DNA of 32,000 nt from Candidatus Electronema halotolerans (GTDB taxonomy: Bacteria; Desulfobacterota; Desulfobulbia; Desulfobulbales; Desulfobulbaceae). The translations under genes and the position numbers were made by a program. Of this stretch, positions 15,275-25,133 are shown piece by piece. The stretch covers positions 1,620,001 to 1,652,000 of the forward strand of contig OW818675.1 of assembly GCA_942493095.1 (NCBI GenBank), written 5' to 3'. The notes under the pieces are model-generated. The model was not told the DNA's origin, did not search any database, and saw only the letters and a program-made list of their open reading frames with translations. The number at the start of each line of letters is the position of its first letter. Position 1 is the stretch's first letter.

Positions 15275-16486
15275 TCAGTCCTCCAAAGCGGCCAAAGCTG
15301 TTTTAATCCGGGCCATGCCCTCCTCAATCACTGCCATTGAGGTGGCAAAGGAGAAGCGGACAAAGGCATCCGCGCCAAAGGCCGCGCCCGGCACTGAGGC
15401 GACTTTGGCCTCTTCCAAGAAATAGTCGGCCATGTCAACAGAATTGCTGATCGTTTTGCCCTTGAAGGTTTTGCCGTAATAGGCAGAGAAGTTAGGGAAG
15501 ACATAAAACGCGCCGCTGGGATTGACGCAGGTCACGCCGTCAATGGATTCCAAGTCGCGGACAAAAAAGTCGCGGCGGGGCAGGAAGGCTTTTTTCATCT
15601 CACCGGGGAAATCCTGCGGCCCGATCAGAGCGGCCAAGGCGGCGTATTGGGCCGGAGTACAGGGGTTGGAAGTTGATTGGCTCTGCACCTTGTTCATGGC
15701 CTTGATCAGATGCAGCGGCCCCGCGCACCAGCCAATCCGCCAGCCGGTCATGGCAAAGGACTTGGAGACCCCGTTCAGCACCACGGTCTGCTCTTTCAGG
15801 CGCGGTTCCACGTCGAGAATGTGGGGCAGCTTGCCATCCAAATAGGTGATGGTCTCGTAGATGTCATCGCTGACCACCAGCCAGCCGTGCTCAAGGGCCA
15901 TGTCAGCCACAGCCCGCAGCGCCTGTTCTGAGAAAATCGAGCCAGCCGGATTGGACGGGCTGTTGAGGAAGATGGCGCGGGTTCTGGCAGTCGCCTTGGC
16001 GGCCAGCGTGGCTGGATTGAGGTCAAAATTTGCTGCCTCATCCAAGGGCACCTCAACCGGAATGCCGCCTGCAAGCTGGACTATGGGCGGATACGAAACC
16101 CAGTACGGAGCTGGAATCAGCACCTCGTCGCCGGAATTGAGCAGGGCTTGGAAGATGTTGTACAGGCCGTGCTTGCCGCCGCAGCAGACTTGAATCTGCT
16201 CCGGGGTGTAGTCCCAGCCGTGATCCGCCTTGCAGCGCATGACCACGGCCTCGCGCAGCTCCGGGATGCCCGGCACGGCGGTATAGCGGGTCTGGCCATC
16301 GTCAATTGCTTTTTTCCCTGCCTCGCGGACGTGTTCCGGGGTGTCAAAATCCGGCTCGCCAACACTGAAATTAAGAATGTCCTCGCCAGCGGCCTTGAGG
16401 GCTTTGGCCTTGGCATTGACGGCCAGCGTGGGAGAGGGAGGGACTTGCAGCACCCGGTCGGCAAGACGAATCGGTTCCTGAGCCAT
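15275..16486 (-). CDS. aspC: Aspartate/aromatic aminotransferase, class I PLP-dependent
   Basis: 403 aa. It shows NFSVGEPDF, and NGVSKSFAMTGWRIGW containing the PLP-lysine motif SKSFAMTGWR, which is typical of the AspAT Ib subgroup. Confidence 0.88.
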   Translation of the reverse strand: MAQEPIRLADRVLQVPPSPTLAVNAKAKALKAAGEDILNFSVGEPDFDTPEHVREAGKKAIDDGQTRYTAVPGIPELREAVVMRCKADHGWDYTPEQIQVCCGGKHGLYNIFQALLNSGDEVLIPAPYWVSYPPIVQLAGGIPVEVPLDEAANFDLNPATLAAKATARTRAIFLNSPSNPAGSIFSEQALRAVADMALEHGWLVVSDDIYETITYLDGKLPHILDVEPRLKEQTVVLNGVSKSFAMTGWRIGWCAGPLHLIKAMNKVQSQSTSNPCTPAQYAALAALIGPQDFPGEMKKAFLPRRDFFVRDLESIDGVTCVNPSGAFYVFPNFSAYYGKTFKGKTISNSVDMADYFLEEAKVASVPGAAFGADAFVRFSFATSMAVIEEGMARIKTALAALED

Positions 16487-16574
16487 GATCTGTTCCTATT
16501 GGGAAGGGTTGTCAGTAAAAGAACGTGCCCCCCTCTGTATCAGGTTCAGCCATTTTTCGCAACTGGAAAGCGGC

Positions 16575-18383
16575 TTATTTCGGCAGAACCAAGAGCACCT
16601 CAGTGCCGCCGCTCTCCCGTCTGCGGATGCGCATGGTGCCGCCGTGATCATGAACCACGCGGGTCACTAAGGCCAAGCCCACGCCAGTGCCTGCGGTTTT
16701 GGTGGTGTAGAAGGGATCAGCAGCCCGCTGGAGGTCAGTGTCAGCAATGCCGATGCCGCTGTCCCGGACAGCAATGCGCATCTGCTCCGCATCCGCCGCG
16801 ACCTCGACCTTGAGCTGGCCGCCCTGCTCCATTGCCTCGACCGCGTTGCGGATCAGATGAATCAATACTCGTTTCATCTGGCAGGGATCAACACAGCAGG
16901 TGAACTTGCGGTCCGGCATGATCACCTCATATTCCACGCCCTGCTTCTGCATGACGCTGTAGAAAAGCATCAGCGATTTGATGATCATGGGATAGAGCGA
17001 GACATTTTCTTTGACTGGCGGCGATTTGTCAACAAAGTTGAGCAGATCCTCCAAAGCCTGCTCGATCTTCTCCACCCCGCTGACCATCATGCTGAGAAAG
17101 TTGAGCTGCTGGGGATCACTGCTCTTGCGGGCCAGCAGCCGGGCCGTGCCGCCAATGGCTGTGACCGGATTGCGGATGTTGTGGGCCAGCTGGGCCGCCA
17201 TCTGGCCGACAGCGGCGTAGCGTTCCGCCTCGACCAGGAGGTCCTTGTTTTTTTCCAGCTCCTCAGTGACCTCCTCCAGCTCGTTGATTTTATGCTCCAT
17301 GCTCATGTAGAGCCGCCAGTGCTCAATGGCCAGGCTGGCTTGGCTGGCAAAACTCTCCAAAGCATGAACTTGGGCCTCATCAATCGGTTTGCCGGTGACA
17401 AAATGGTCAGCAATGATCACGCCCAGCGAACTGCTTTGGGAAAAAAGCGGTGCAACCACAAAACAGTCAACTTCCAGCAAGCCCATCAACTCCACTGACA
17501 CCGGGCACTCGCAGTTGCCGTTTTTAACATTGATGCTCCGCCGCTCCAGAGCGGCCCGAATCAGCAGATGCTCCTTGTCTGACGCATCAACCCGCAAAGC
17601 GCGGACGATCCGGTTGACCGCATCGTTCTCCTGAAAGGCATGCTCCCGGATTGATTCAATCAGATCATGAAAATGCAGATCCTGCCTGCTGATCTCCTGC
17701 CAGATTCGCCCTGCCTCCTCCTGGCTGCTTGGACCAATGGCGAGTCGGCCTTGCAGCTCCTTGTCTGATTCGTCAAACAGGGCGAGAAAGGCCCGGTTGA
17801 AGCTCAGGCCCTCCTCAGCCGTGATGCCGATGAGAATGGCCCGCAGGATTTCATCAAGGGCATTCATGCTCAAATAGGCGCTGTTCATCTTCACGGCCAG
17901 CTCGTGGATGAGCTGGAGCCGGAAATGGGCCTGTTCAACCTGTTTCTGATAGCGGCGGTTGCTGATCTTGAGCCGCCGCTTCTCCAGCACCTTGCGCACC
18001 GTTTCCCAGAAGGGGTCAAACTGGACTGGCTTGGTCAGATAGTCGTCCGCGCCGTGCCGGATGCACTTGAGCGCGGTCTGGAGATCGGTCACACCGGAGA
18101 GCATGATGATGGCCGTGTCCGGGTCAGCCTCCTTGATCTCCGGGATCAGGTCAACGCCGCAGCCGTCCGGCAGATTGATGTCCAGCAGAACCAGAGCGAC
18201 CCGCTCCTGCCGCAGCATTTGCCGGAACTCCGCCACTGAGGCGGCGGTTTTGGTCTTCAGAGACCGATGCTGAAGATAGGCTTGGAGGATGTCGGCGATC
18301 TGGACAAAGTCGTCCACAGCTAAAACAATTTCATCATCTTCAAGATAGGCTGTGGAGACAGGAGAGTCGGAAGAGGCGCTCAT
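16575..18383 (-). CDS. Hybrid sensor: N-terminal receiver (REC), GAF, HisKA and HATPase_c histidine kinase
   Basis: The REC domain is shown by VLAVDDF...LVLLDINLPDG...LSG...TKP. A GAF-like middle region follows. The H-box is AAQLAHNIRNPVTAI, the N-box is LIRNAVEAM, G1 is VRDSGIGI and G2 is GTGVGLAL. I trimmed the start to MSASSDSP (ATG at 18383), because the longer ORF would overlap the divergent helicase gene. Confidence 0.85.
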   Translation of the reverse strand: MSASSDSPVSTAYLEDDEIVLAVDDFVQIADILQAYLQHRSLKTKTAASVAEFRQMLRQERVALVLLDINLPDGCGVDLIPEIKEADPDTAIIMLSGVTDLQTALKCIRHGADDYLTKPVQFDPFWETVRKVLEKRRLKISNRRYQKQVEQAHFRLQLIHELAVKMNSAYLSMNALDEILRAILIGITAEEGLSFNRAFLALFDESDKELQGRLAIGPSSQEEAGRIWQEISRQDLHFHDLIESIREHAFQENDAVNRIVRALRVDASDKEHLLIRAALERRSINVKNGNCECPVSVELMGLLEVDCFVVAPLFSQSSSLGVIIADHFVTGKPIDEAQVHALESFASQASLAIEHWRLYMSMEHKINELEEVTEELEKNKDLLVEAERYAAVGQMAAQLAHNIRNPVTAIGGTARLLARKSSDPQQLNFLSMMVSGVEKIEQALEDLLNFVDKSPPVKENVSLYPMIIKSLMLFYSVMQKQGVEYEVIMPDRKFTCCVDPCQMKRVLIHLIRNAVEAMEQGGQLKVEVAADAEQMRIAVRDSGIGIADTDLQRAADPFYTTKTAGTGVGLALVTRVVHDHGGTMRIRRRESGGTEVLLVLPK

Positions 18384-18498
18384 GGGCTGTCGGCAGGCTT
18401 GAAATTCCGTGAAAAAAATAGAAAATAAGAACCACGCTGCAAGGGAAGCCAGTAATACCGCATAACTTTGCAGTTGACAACTGAAAAACGCTGCGGCT

Positions 18499-20511
18499 AT
18501 GCTGAGAGCCTCAACCCTTCCCATGAAATCAGAACAGATGAGGCAGATGAAGACTATCTTTGGGCGGACAGGCCTGCTTGCCCGGTCCATGCCCCAGCAT
18601 GAGCTGCGGCCCGGTCAGCTGCGGATGGCTGAAGCTACAGCCAAGCTCCTGGCCCGCCAAGATGGCCCGCCTGCCTCTTGTTTGATCGTGGAGGCGGAGA
18701 CAGGGCTGGGCAAGACCTTGGCCTATCTGATTCCGGCAGTTCTCAGCGGCAACAAGACAGTGGTTTCGACCAGCACCCGCAACCTGCAAGATCAGATACT
18801 GAGCAGCGAAATACCTTTCATCCGGCAGCATCTGGCTCCTGCTCTGACGGCGATGTGTGTCAAGGGCCGCCAGAACTATCTTTGCCTGCATCGCTGGCAG
18901 CAGCTCATTGCCGGCAGCCGCCAGCAGGAGCTGTTCGCCGCCGGCAGAGCAAATATTTCCGGCATTGCCGCAGTCCGGGCCTGGCTGCGGCGGACAGTCT
19001 TTGCCGACCGGGCCGAGCTGCCTGAATTGGCGGACAGTTCCCTTCTCTGGCAGAAAATCTGCTGCCAGTCGCATTCCTGTCTTGGCCCGGACTGCCCGGA
19101 GCACAGCCGCTGTTATCTGAACCGTGTCCGGCGCGAGGCGGCCTCTTGTCAGCTCTTGGTGGTCAATCACCATCTTTTCTTTTCTGATCTGGCTCTGCGG
19201 CGGCACGGCTGCGGAGAAGTGCTGCCCCGCTGCGAAACAGTCATTTTCGACGAGGCCCATCATCTGGAGGATATTGCCGCCCAATTTTTTGGCCTCTCCT
19301 TTTCGCGCCGCCAGTTCCTGGAGCTGATCAACGATCTGGAAAAAGCGGCCCAGGACAGCGGCAGCAAGCGGCAGCAGAAAAAAATCTTCACTGCCTTGGA
19401 AAGCCTTGCCGGGCCGGGCGGACACTTTTTCAGTCTTTTTCCCGCAGTCAGAGGCCGTGCGCCGCTGATTGAACTGTTTGCTGACCAGCCGCAGCTTGCA
19501 GTGGCCACTGATGTGCTCCGGGCACTGCTTGGCCATCTTGCCAAACTGCTGGCAAAGGAAGCGGAAAAGGAGCGGCTTTGGAAGCAGTATCAGCTCCGCT
19601 GCGAGGCAATGGCTGAAAATTTTGGCGAAATCACTGCCCAAGCCGCTGCGGCGCAGGACAGCCATGTCCGCTGGTTTGAGCGGAATGAAAAGAATCTCAC
19701 CCTTGCCGCCACGCCTGTTGATGTTGCTGATGACCTCCAAAAGACGCTTTTTTCCCAAGCGCAGCATTGCCTGTTCACCTCTGCCACCCTGAGCGCAGGG
19801 GCTGGATTCGAGTATTTCAGCAGCCGTCTCGGCATTCCTGGGCAGAGCCGCACCTGCTCTTTTCCCTCGCCTTTTGATTACAAAAAGCAGATGCTTCTCT
19901 ATGTCCCGGACAACAGCTTTCCTGAACCGAACGCGCCTGAGCACCGGGAACGGCTTCACCAAGAGATCAAAGCGCTGATCCAATGCTCGCAGGGCCGCGC
20001 CTTGGTGCTGTTCACCTCGTTTCAGGCAATGGAGCTTGCCTGGCAAAGCCTGCGGGATGAGGTGGACTATCCGCTGCTCCGGCAGGGCGAAGCCTCGCGC
20101 CAGCTTCTGCTGACCCGCTTTGCCCAGCAGACCGAGTCGGTGCTTTTTGCCGTGGCCAGTTTCTGGGAGGGAGTTGATGTGCCCGGTGAATCCCTGAGCT
20201 TGGTCATCATTGACAGGCTGCCGTTTGAAGTGCCCACTGATCCGCTGCTGCTGGCCCGCATTGAGCGGATTAAGGCTGCTGGCGGCAATCCTTTTCTTGA
20301 TTTGCAGGTGCCAAGGGCAGTGCTCTCCTTGCGGCAGGGAGTGGGCCGCCTCATGCGCCGGGCAGGAGACCGGGGTACGGCAGCCATTCTTGACGTGCGC
20401 CTGTTCCGCAAAGCCTATGGCTGCAAATTTCTTGCCAGTCTGCCGCCCGCGCCCCTGACGCGGCAGCTGCGGGATGTCGAACGGTTTTTCACGTCATGCT
20501 GTTGCACCTGA
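18499..20511 (+). CDS. dinG: DinG/Rad3-family ATP-dependent DNA helicase (Fe-S cluster type)
   Basis: It has the Walker A motif EAETGLGKTLAYL, the DEAH box VIFDEAHHLED, four Cys between motifs I and II (C..CLHRW; CCQSHSCLGPDCPEHSRC), and the C-terminal motifs FTSATL and WEGVD. The true start may be one of the in-frame ATGs at 18523, 18538 or 18547. Confidence 0.85.
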   Translation: MLRASTLPMKSEQMRQMKTIFGRTGLLARSMPQHELRPGQLRMAEATAKLLARQDGPPASCLIVEAETGLGKTLAYLIPAVLSGNKTVVSTSTRNLQDQILSSEIPFIRQHLAPALTAMCVKGRQNYLCLHRWQQLIAGSRQQELFAAGRANISGIAAVRAWLRRTVFADRAELPELADSSLLWQKICCQSHSCLGPDCPEHSRCYLNRVRREAASCQLLVVNHHLFFSDLALRRHGCGEVLPRCETVIFDEAHHLEDIAAQFFGLSFSRRQFLELINDLEKAAQDSGSKRQQKKIFTALESLAGPGGHFFSLFPAVRGRAPLIELFADQPQLAVATDVLRALLGHLAKLLAKEAEKERLWKQYQLRCEAMAENFGEITAQAAAAQDSHVRWFERNEKNLTLAATPVDVADDLQKTLFSQAQHCLFTSATLSAGAGFEYFSSRLGIPGQSRTCSFPSPFDYKKQMLLYVPDNSFPEPNAPEHRERLHQEIKALIQCSQGRALVLFTSFQAMELAWQSLRDEVDYPLLRQGEASRQLLLTRFAQQTESVLFAVASFWEGVDVPGESLSLVIIDRLPFEVPTDPLLLARIERIKAAGGNPFLDLQVPRAVLSLRQGVGRLMRRAGDRGTAAILDVRLFRKAYGCKFLASLPPAPLTRQLRDVERFFTSCCCT

Positions 20512-20541
20512 AGTTCCATTTCAGCAAAGGAAAAAACACCA

Positions 20542-21555
20542 ATGAAATCCTCTCCAGCAGAACATGCTGATTTTTTTGCGCTGATTGCCGCAAACACCGT
20601 CCAGGCCGAGGAAGTCATGCGTGCTGATCTGGCCGCCGCCTTGGCTGACAGCGATCCGCTGCTGCATGAGGTGCTGGAATATGCCCTGCTCGGCAGCGGC
20701 AAGCGGCTGCGCTCCTTTCTAACCACCATCTGCGCCCGGCTCTGCGGCGGCGGAGAAAAGAATATCAGTCTGTTGGCAGCAGCCTTTGAATACCTGCACA
20801 CTGCCACCCTGATTCATGACGATGTCATCGACCATGCGGCCAGCCGACGTGGCAAAGCCTCGGTGGTGCGCCGCTATGGCATGACTGCCGCCATTCTTGC
20901 CGGAGACTGGCTTCATGCCCGGTCCATGCGCCTGATCGGTTTTTTGGCCGGGGCGCAGGCATTGGAGGTCTTCTGCACAGCCACTGCTGACATGGTTGAC
21001 GGCGAATTCCTCCAGATGCGCCATGCGGAAGACCTTGCCATGACAGAAGAGCAGTATTTTTCTGTGATCAAAAAGAAGACTGCCGGACTGATCAAGGCGG
21101 CCTGCGCGGTCGGCACCCTGCATGGTCAGGGCAGCCCGGAGCAGGTCGCGGCCTTGGCGTTGTACGGAGAAAAAATCGGCCTCGCCTTTCAGATTGCCGA
21201 TGATCTGCTCGATTATCTGGGCGAGGAAGAGCAGACCGGCAAAGAGACAGGCAATGATTTTGCCGAAGGCAAGATGACCCTGCCGCTGATTCATGCGCTC
21301 CGCCAGGCGACGGTCCAAGACCAAGAACTTCTGCGCCGCAGTCTGGCTGATGACCAGCGCAGGCAGAGCGGTGCCTTTGCCGCTGTCCGCTCCATTTTGG
21401 CGGAAAACGGCAGCGTTGTCTATTGCCGGAGCCGGGCTGAGGAGGAAATGCGGGCCGGACTGGCCGCGCTGGCCTGCTTCACACGGCAGGAACAGCAGGA
21501 GGACATTGCCGCCCTGCGCAGTCTGGCTGACTATATTCTCAACCGGGAACGCTGA
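20542..21555 (+). CDS. ispB: Polyprenyl diphosphate synthase (long-chain trans-IPPS, IspB-like)
   Basis: The first Asp-rich motif is LIHDDVIDHAASRRG and the second is FQIADDLLDY. 337 aa. Confidence 0.85.
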   Translation: MKSSPAEHADFFALIAANTVQAEEVMRADLAAALADSDPLLHEVLEYALLGSGKRLRSFLTTICARLCGGGEKNISLLAAAFEYLHTATLIHDDVIDHAASRRGKASVVRRYGMTAAILAGDWLHARSMRLIGFLAGAQALEVFCTATADMVDGEFLQMRHAEDLAMTEEQYFSVIKKKTAGLIKAACAVGTLHGQGSPEQVAALALYGEKIGLAFQIADDLLDYLGEEEQTGKETGNDFAEGKMTLPLIHALRQATVQDQELLRRSLADDQRRQSGAFAAVRSILAENGSVVYCRSRAEEEMRAGLAALACFTRQEQQEDIAALRSLADYILNRER

Positions 21556-21564
21556 GGCGGCAGC

Positions 21565-22461
21565 ATGAAAACAACAGGAACCCTCTGGCCCATCCACGCC
21601 CTGATGCTGCTGACCGCCCTGCTGATCGCCACCTCGTTCACAGTCAGCAAAGCAATTGCCAGCGGCCTTGATCCGGCAGTGCTCACCCTGCTCCGCTTTG
21701 CCTTGGCCGCCCTGCTCTTTCTGCCGCTGACCGCGTGGCGGCACGGCCTGCATCTGCCCGGCAAACGGCAGCTTTTGGGCTATGCCAGCATCAGCTTTGT
21801 TCTGACCGGTTTTTTCTGGCTCATGTATCTGTCCCTGCGCACAACCACGGCCCTCAACACTGGCGTGATCTTCACCTTAGTGCCCAGCATCTCCGGCCTC
21901 TACAGCGCAGTCCTGCTGGGCGAACGGCTGGGCCGGAACCGCCTCGCCGCCATGCTTCCCGCCACAGTCGGAGCAGTCTGGGTGCTCTTTCACGGCAGCT
22001 GGGAGCGGCTGGCCGCCTTTGCCCTGCTCTATCCCGGCGACCTGCTCTTTTTTGCCAGCTGCCTGCTCATGGCCTTTTACACGCCCTTGGTCAAATTTTT
22101 TCATCGCGATGAGCCGATGATGGTCATGACCCTGTGGATACTGCTCACCGGCTGCGGCTGGCTCCTCCTTTTTGCCGGGCCGCATTTGCTGACGGTCTCC
22201 TGGCGGGAAACTGCGCCAATCGTCTGGGCCGGGACCGCCTATTTAGCCGTGTTCTCCACCATCATCACCTTTTTCCTCAGTCAGTTCTGCACCATCCGGC
22301 TCGGCCCGACCAGAGTCATGGCCTACAGCTACCTCTATCCGCCCTTTATTTTGCTGTTTGAATGGCTTTGCGGCCACCCGCTGCCCTCGCCCCGGATTCT
22401 GCCCGGCGTGCTGCTGATTGCAGCAGCCATGCTGATCGTCCAGAGCGGGGCGGAGAGGTGA
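21565..22461 (+). CDS. EamA/DMT-family transporter
   Basis: 298 aa with about 10 TM helices in two EamA-like halves. A GAGG sequence lies 7 nt upstream of the ATG. Confidence 0.75.
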   Translation: MKTTGTLWPIHALMLLTALLIATSFTVSKAIASGLDPAVLTLLRFALAALLFLPLTAWRHGLHLPGKRQLLGYASISFVLTGFFWLMYLSLRTTTALNTGVIFTLVPSISGLYSAVLLGERLGRNRLAAMLPATVGAVWVLFHGSWERLAAFALLYPGDLLFFASCLLMAFYTPLVKFFHRDEPMMVMTLWILLTGCGWLLLFAGPHLLTVSWRETAPIVWAGTAYLAVFSTIITFFLSQFCTIRLGPTRVMAYSYLYPPFILLFEWLCGHPLPSPRILPGVLLIAAAMLIVQSGAER

Positions 22462-22499
22462 AACTCGCGTTCGTCCCCAAGCTCTGCCACCGGCTTTTG

Positions 22500-22528
22500 T
22501 TGACAGGGCAGCGATAATCTTCTATAAA
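22500..22528 (+). promoter_or_regulatory. Near-consensus sigma-70 promoter (TTGACA-17 nt-TATAAA)
   Basis: ttgaca is at 22500..22505, followed by a 17-nt spacer and tataaa at 22523..22528. It lies about 80 nt upstream of the 22607 start codon. Confidence 0.6.
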
Positions 22529-22544
22529 GGAAATCTGGACAATC

Positions 22545-22573
22545 ATGCGGCGGCAGGCGATGCTCCGCCGCAT
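22545..22573 (+). promoter_or_regulatory. 5'-UTR hairpin (9-bp stem atgcggcgg/ccgccgcat, 11-nt loop)
   Basis: A perfect inverted repeat lies between the predicted promoter and the AAGGAG Shine-Dalgarno sequence (22591..22596). There is no U-tract, so it is not a classical terminator. Confidence 0.5.
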
Positions 22574-22606
22574 CAGGATTGAATTCACTCAAGGAGACAT
22601 GCTTCC

Positions 22607-23368
22607 ATGAAGATGCGAAATATTGCCGCAGCCCTGCTGCTGGCCCTGCTGCTCACTGGCCCGGCTCTTGCTGAAGACACGAACAAGGATGCCCCTGCGG
22701 CTGCTCCGGCGCAGCAGGCTGTGCAGGGCAAGGTGCTGGAAAGTCTGTCCGGCGCGGGCTACACCTATCTGCTGATTGAGAACGGGCAGGACAAGACATG
22801 GGCGGCCATCCCAGAGAGCAAAGTTGAAGTCGGCCAGCAGGTTGCCCTGCAGCCGGGCATGGTCATGCAGTCGTTTGAATCCAAAGCCTTGGGCAAGACC
22901 TTTGACCAGATCATTTTCTCGCCTGGTCTGGCTGATGCTGCGGCAGCGGCGCAGGGCCGGGAAACGGACGCGCCTGTGGATGATGAGACGCTGGCCTTGC
23001 TGTCCGGCGGCTCTTCGCGGGCAGTGGTGCCTGCCAATGATGAGCTGAAGGTCGAGAAAGCTGAGGGTGAGAATGGCCGCACTGTGGAGCAGTGCTTTGC
23101 TGAGGCCGGGCAGCTCAACGGCAAGACCGTGCGGGTGCGGGGCAAAGTGGTGAAATTTTCGCCGGAGATCATGGGCAAGAACTGGATTCATCTTCAGGAC
23201 GGCAGCGGCGACCCGATGAAGAACACCCATGATTTGGTCGTCACCACTGCCGAGACCGTTGACAAAGATGCGGTGATTGTTGTTGAAGGAGTTCTCAGCA
23301 AGGACAAGGACTTTGGCGCAGGCTACCGCTACGACGCAATCATCGAGGATGCCAAGATCAGCAAGTGA
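22607..23368 (+). CDS. Secreted protein of unknown function (Sec signal peptide, two beta-rich OB-like halves)
   Basis: MKMRNIAAALLLALLLTGPALA-EDT is a signal peptide with an ALA cleavage site. AAGGAG lies 10 nt upstream. I do not recognise a family. Confidence 0.7.
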   Translation: MKMRNIAAALLLALLLTGPALAEDTNKDAPAAAPAQQAVQGKVLESLSGAGYTYLLIENGQDKTWAAIPESKVEVGQQVALQPGMVMQSFESKALGKTFDQIIFSPGLADAAAAAQGRETDAPVDDETLALLSGGSSRAVVPANDELKVEKAEGENGRTVEQCFAEAGQLNGKTVRVRGKVVKFSPEIMGKNWIHLQDGSGDPMKNTHDLVVTTAETVDKDAVIVVEGVLSKDKDFGAGYRYDAIIEDAKISK

Positions 23369-23992
23369 TTGCCTGTGAAGCAAGGAATTGATCCGGCCCG
23401 GCTCGGTTTTGATTTTGACGGAGTGATCGCGGACACGGCGGAAGCCTTTCTCCGCCTTGCCTGCGAGGAGCACGACCTCTGCAGCTTCCGCTTGGAGGAC
23501 ATCATCCGTTTCGAGGTCGAGTGCTGCTTGGACATGCCAGCCGAGACTGCTGCAGGCATTTTCGGCAGGATTCTGACTGATTCCCTCGGCTGCGGCCTGC
23601 GGCCCATGCCCGGTGCGCTGGAAGTGCTCACCGAGCTGGCCGATGCAGCCGAGATTGTCACCGTGGTCACGGCCCGGCCTTTGCTCCAGCCGGTGCTGGA
23701 CTGGTTTGCCTGTCATCTGCCGGAGCCGACCCTGCAAGCGGTGCGGGTGCTGGCAATGGGCGATCATGACGACAAACCCCGTCATATCTTGGCGCAAGGG
23801 CTGCGCTGGTTTGTTGATGACCGGGCCGAGACCTGCGCCCAGCTTCATGCGGCTGGCATTCAGCCGCTTGTCTTCCGCCAGCCGTGGAATCAGGGCTGCC
23901 GTGATTTTCCGGCAGTCAGTTCGTGGCAGGAAATCAGGGTGCTTTGTTTTGAGGGAAGAATGAGCGATGCAATCCAGCCTCTGCGGTCATGA
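23369..23992 (+). CDS. HAD-superfamily hydrolase, 5'(3')-nucleotidase-like
   Basis: HAD motif I is FDFDGVIAD, motif II is VVTAR, and FVDDR is motif-IV-like. The start is ambiguous (TTG at 23369 or GTG at 23375). Confidence 0.65.
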   Translation: MPVKQGIDPARLGFDFDGVIADTAEAFLRLACEEHDLCSFRLEDIIRFEVECCLDMPAETAAGIFGRILTDSLGCGLRPMPGALEVLTELADAAEIVTVVTARPLLQPVLDWFACHLPEPTLQAVRVLAMGDHDDKPRHILAQGLRWFVDDRAETCAQLHAAGIQPLVFRQPWNQGCRDFPAVSSWQEIRVLCFEGRMSDAIQPLRS

Positions 23993-24062
23993 GATCAGCA
24001 GGCACGCTTGGAAGGTGACTGCACCTGATAATTAATAATTGGCCAAAAATAGGATAATTGAA

Positions 24063-25133
24063 ATGGCATTCTATCTAAGAAAATCTGTAAAGATAGGACC
24101 AGTAAGATTTAACTTGTCTAAAAGTGGTATTGGCACATCAGTCGGTATTAAGGGTTTTAGAGTAGGTGTTCGTCCAAACGGAAGAAGTTATTTACATGCC
24201 GGCGGGTATGGGATTTATTATCGGCAAGAATTAGGAAGTGGCGGTCGTGCTCGCACAAATGATGTGCCTCCCCCAAGAGAAACAGAAATTGTTCATTCCT
24301 CTCATCCTGATGCCGTCCAGTATAATTCTGCAAGTTCACAGGAACTAACATCAAAATCAAGAAAAGAACTCATCTCAACTCTTAATGACTCATATAAAGG
24401 ATTCAGATTAGATTATTTGTGTGGCTGCTTATTCATTATCCTCTCAATTATTTTTTTTAAGAATAACAATATCGCTGGAATAACTGTAGCAATTATAGGA
24501 GTGTTAGCTACAGCCGCCGTAGCTGTATGGGAGTCTAAGAGACGCACAGTCACAATCACATATGAATTCGAGGATGGAAAAGGAGAGCCTTTCAAGAAAC
24601 TTATATCTGCTTTCAACAAGTTAGCCTCAAATAGCAATGTCTGGGCCTTGATAGATTCTCGAAATATTCATGGCTCTCATGAGTCAAAATTGAATGCAGG
24701 TGCAAGTAATATTATCAGCAGATCAGATGTTCAAATTGGTGAAGGAAAACCACCTTGGGTTAACACAAATATTGATGTGCCTGTAATGAAAGCAAGACAG
24801 CAAACATTATATATGTTGCCAGATGGAATTCTTGTCTACGACAGTAAAGGAGTTGGATTTGTTGAGTATGACACTGTTTCTATATATGACAACACCACAA
24901 GGTTTATTGAAGAGCGTCCACCGCGTGACGCGAAAGTCGTCGACCGTACATGGAAACATCCAAATAAAAAAGGTGGTCCTGATCGAAGATTCAAAGATAA
25001 TTACGAAATTCCAATTTGTTTGTATGGAGAGCTAAAAATTCAATCAGATTCAGGGCTGTTCTTTTTATTAATGACATCGAAACATGATTCTCCATTGGGC
25101 TTTAAAAGAGAGTTCTCTGAAGTATTAAAATAA
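24063..25133 (+). CDS. DUF4236-like N-terminal domain, 2 TM helices, and an unknown C-terminal domain of about 190 aa (AT-rich orphan)
   Basis: MAFYLRKSVKIGPVRFNLSKSGIGTSVGIKGFRVGVRPNGRSY matches the DUF4236 signature as I remember it (F.FRKS.K.GP.r.NlSksG.s.S.G..G). AGGA lies 8 nt upstream of the ATG at 24063. The hydrophobic stretch is LCGCLFIILSIIFF...GITVAIIGVLATAAVAVW. Sampled lines give 30-37% G+C. Confidence 0.7.
   Translation: MAFYLRKSVKIGPVRFNLSKSGIGTSVGIKGFRVGVRPNGRSYLHAGGYGIYYRQELGSGGRARTNDVPPPRETEIVHSSHPDAVQYNSASSQELTSKSRKELISTLNDSYKGFRLDYLCGCLFIILSIIFFKNNNIAGITVAIIGVLATAAVAVWESKRRTVTITYEFEDGKGEPFKKLISAFNKLASNSNVWALIDSRNIHGSHESKLNAGASNIISRSDVQIGEGKPPWVNTNIDVPVMKARQQTLYMLPDGILVYDSKGVGFVEYDTVSIYDNTTRFIEERPPRDAKVVDRTWKHPNKKGGPDRRFKDNYEIPICLYGELKIQSDSGLFFLLMTSKHDSPLGFKREFSEVLK

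Noticed and set aside
18474-18503. TTGACA-18 nt-TATGCT promoter-like element for the helicase gene
   Set aside because: The sequence match is plausible, but the -10 element overlaps the first ATG of the ORF (18499). It can only be real if translation starts at a downstream ATG. That is too uncertain to list as a feature.
18384-18590. 69-codon N-terminal extension of the histidine-kinase ORF, overlapping the start of the divergent helicase gene
   Set aside because: The receiver domain begins right after MSASSDSP (ATG at 18383). The extension would overlap dinG and remove any shared promoter region.
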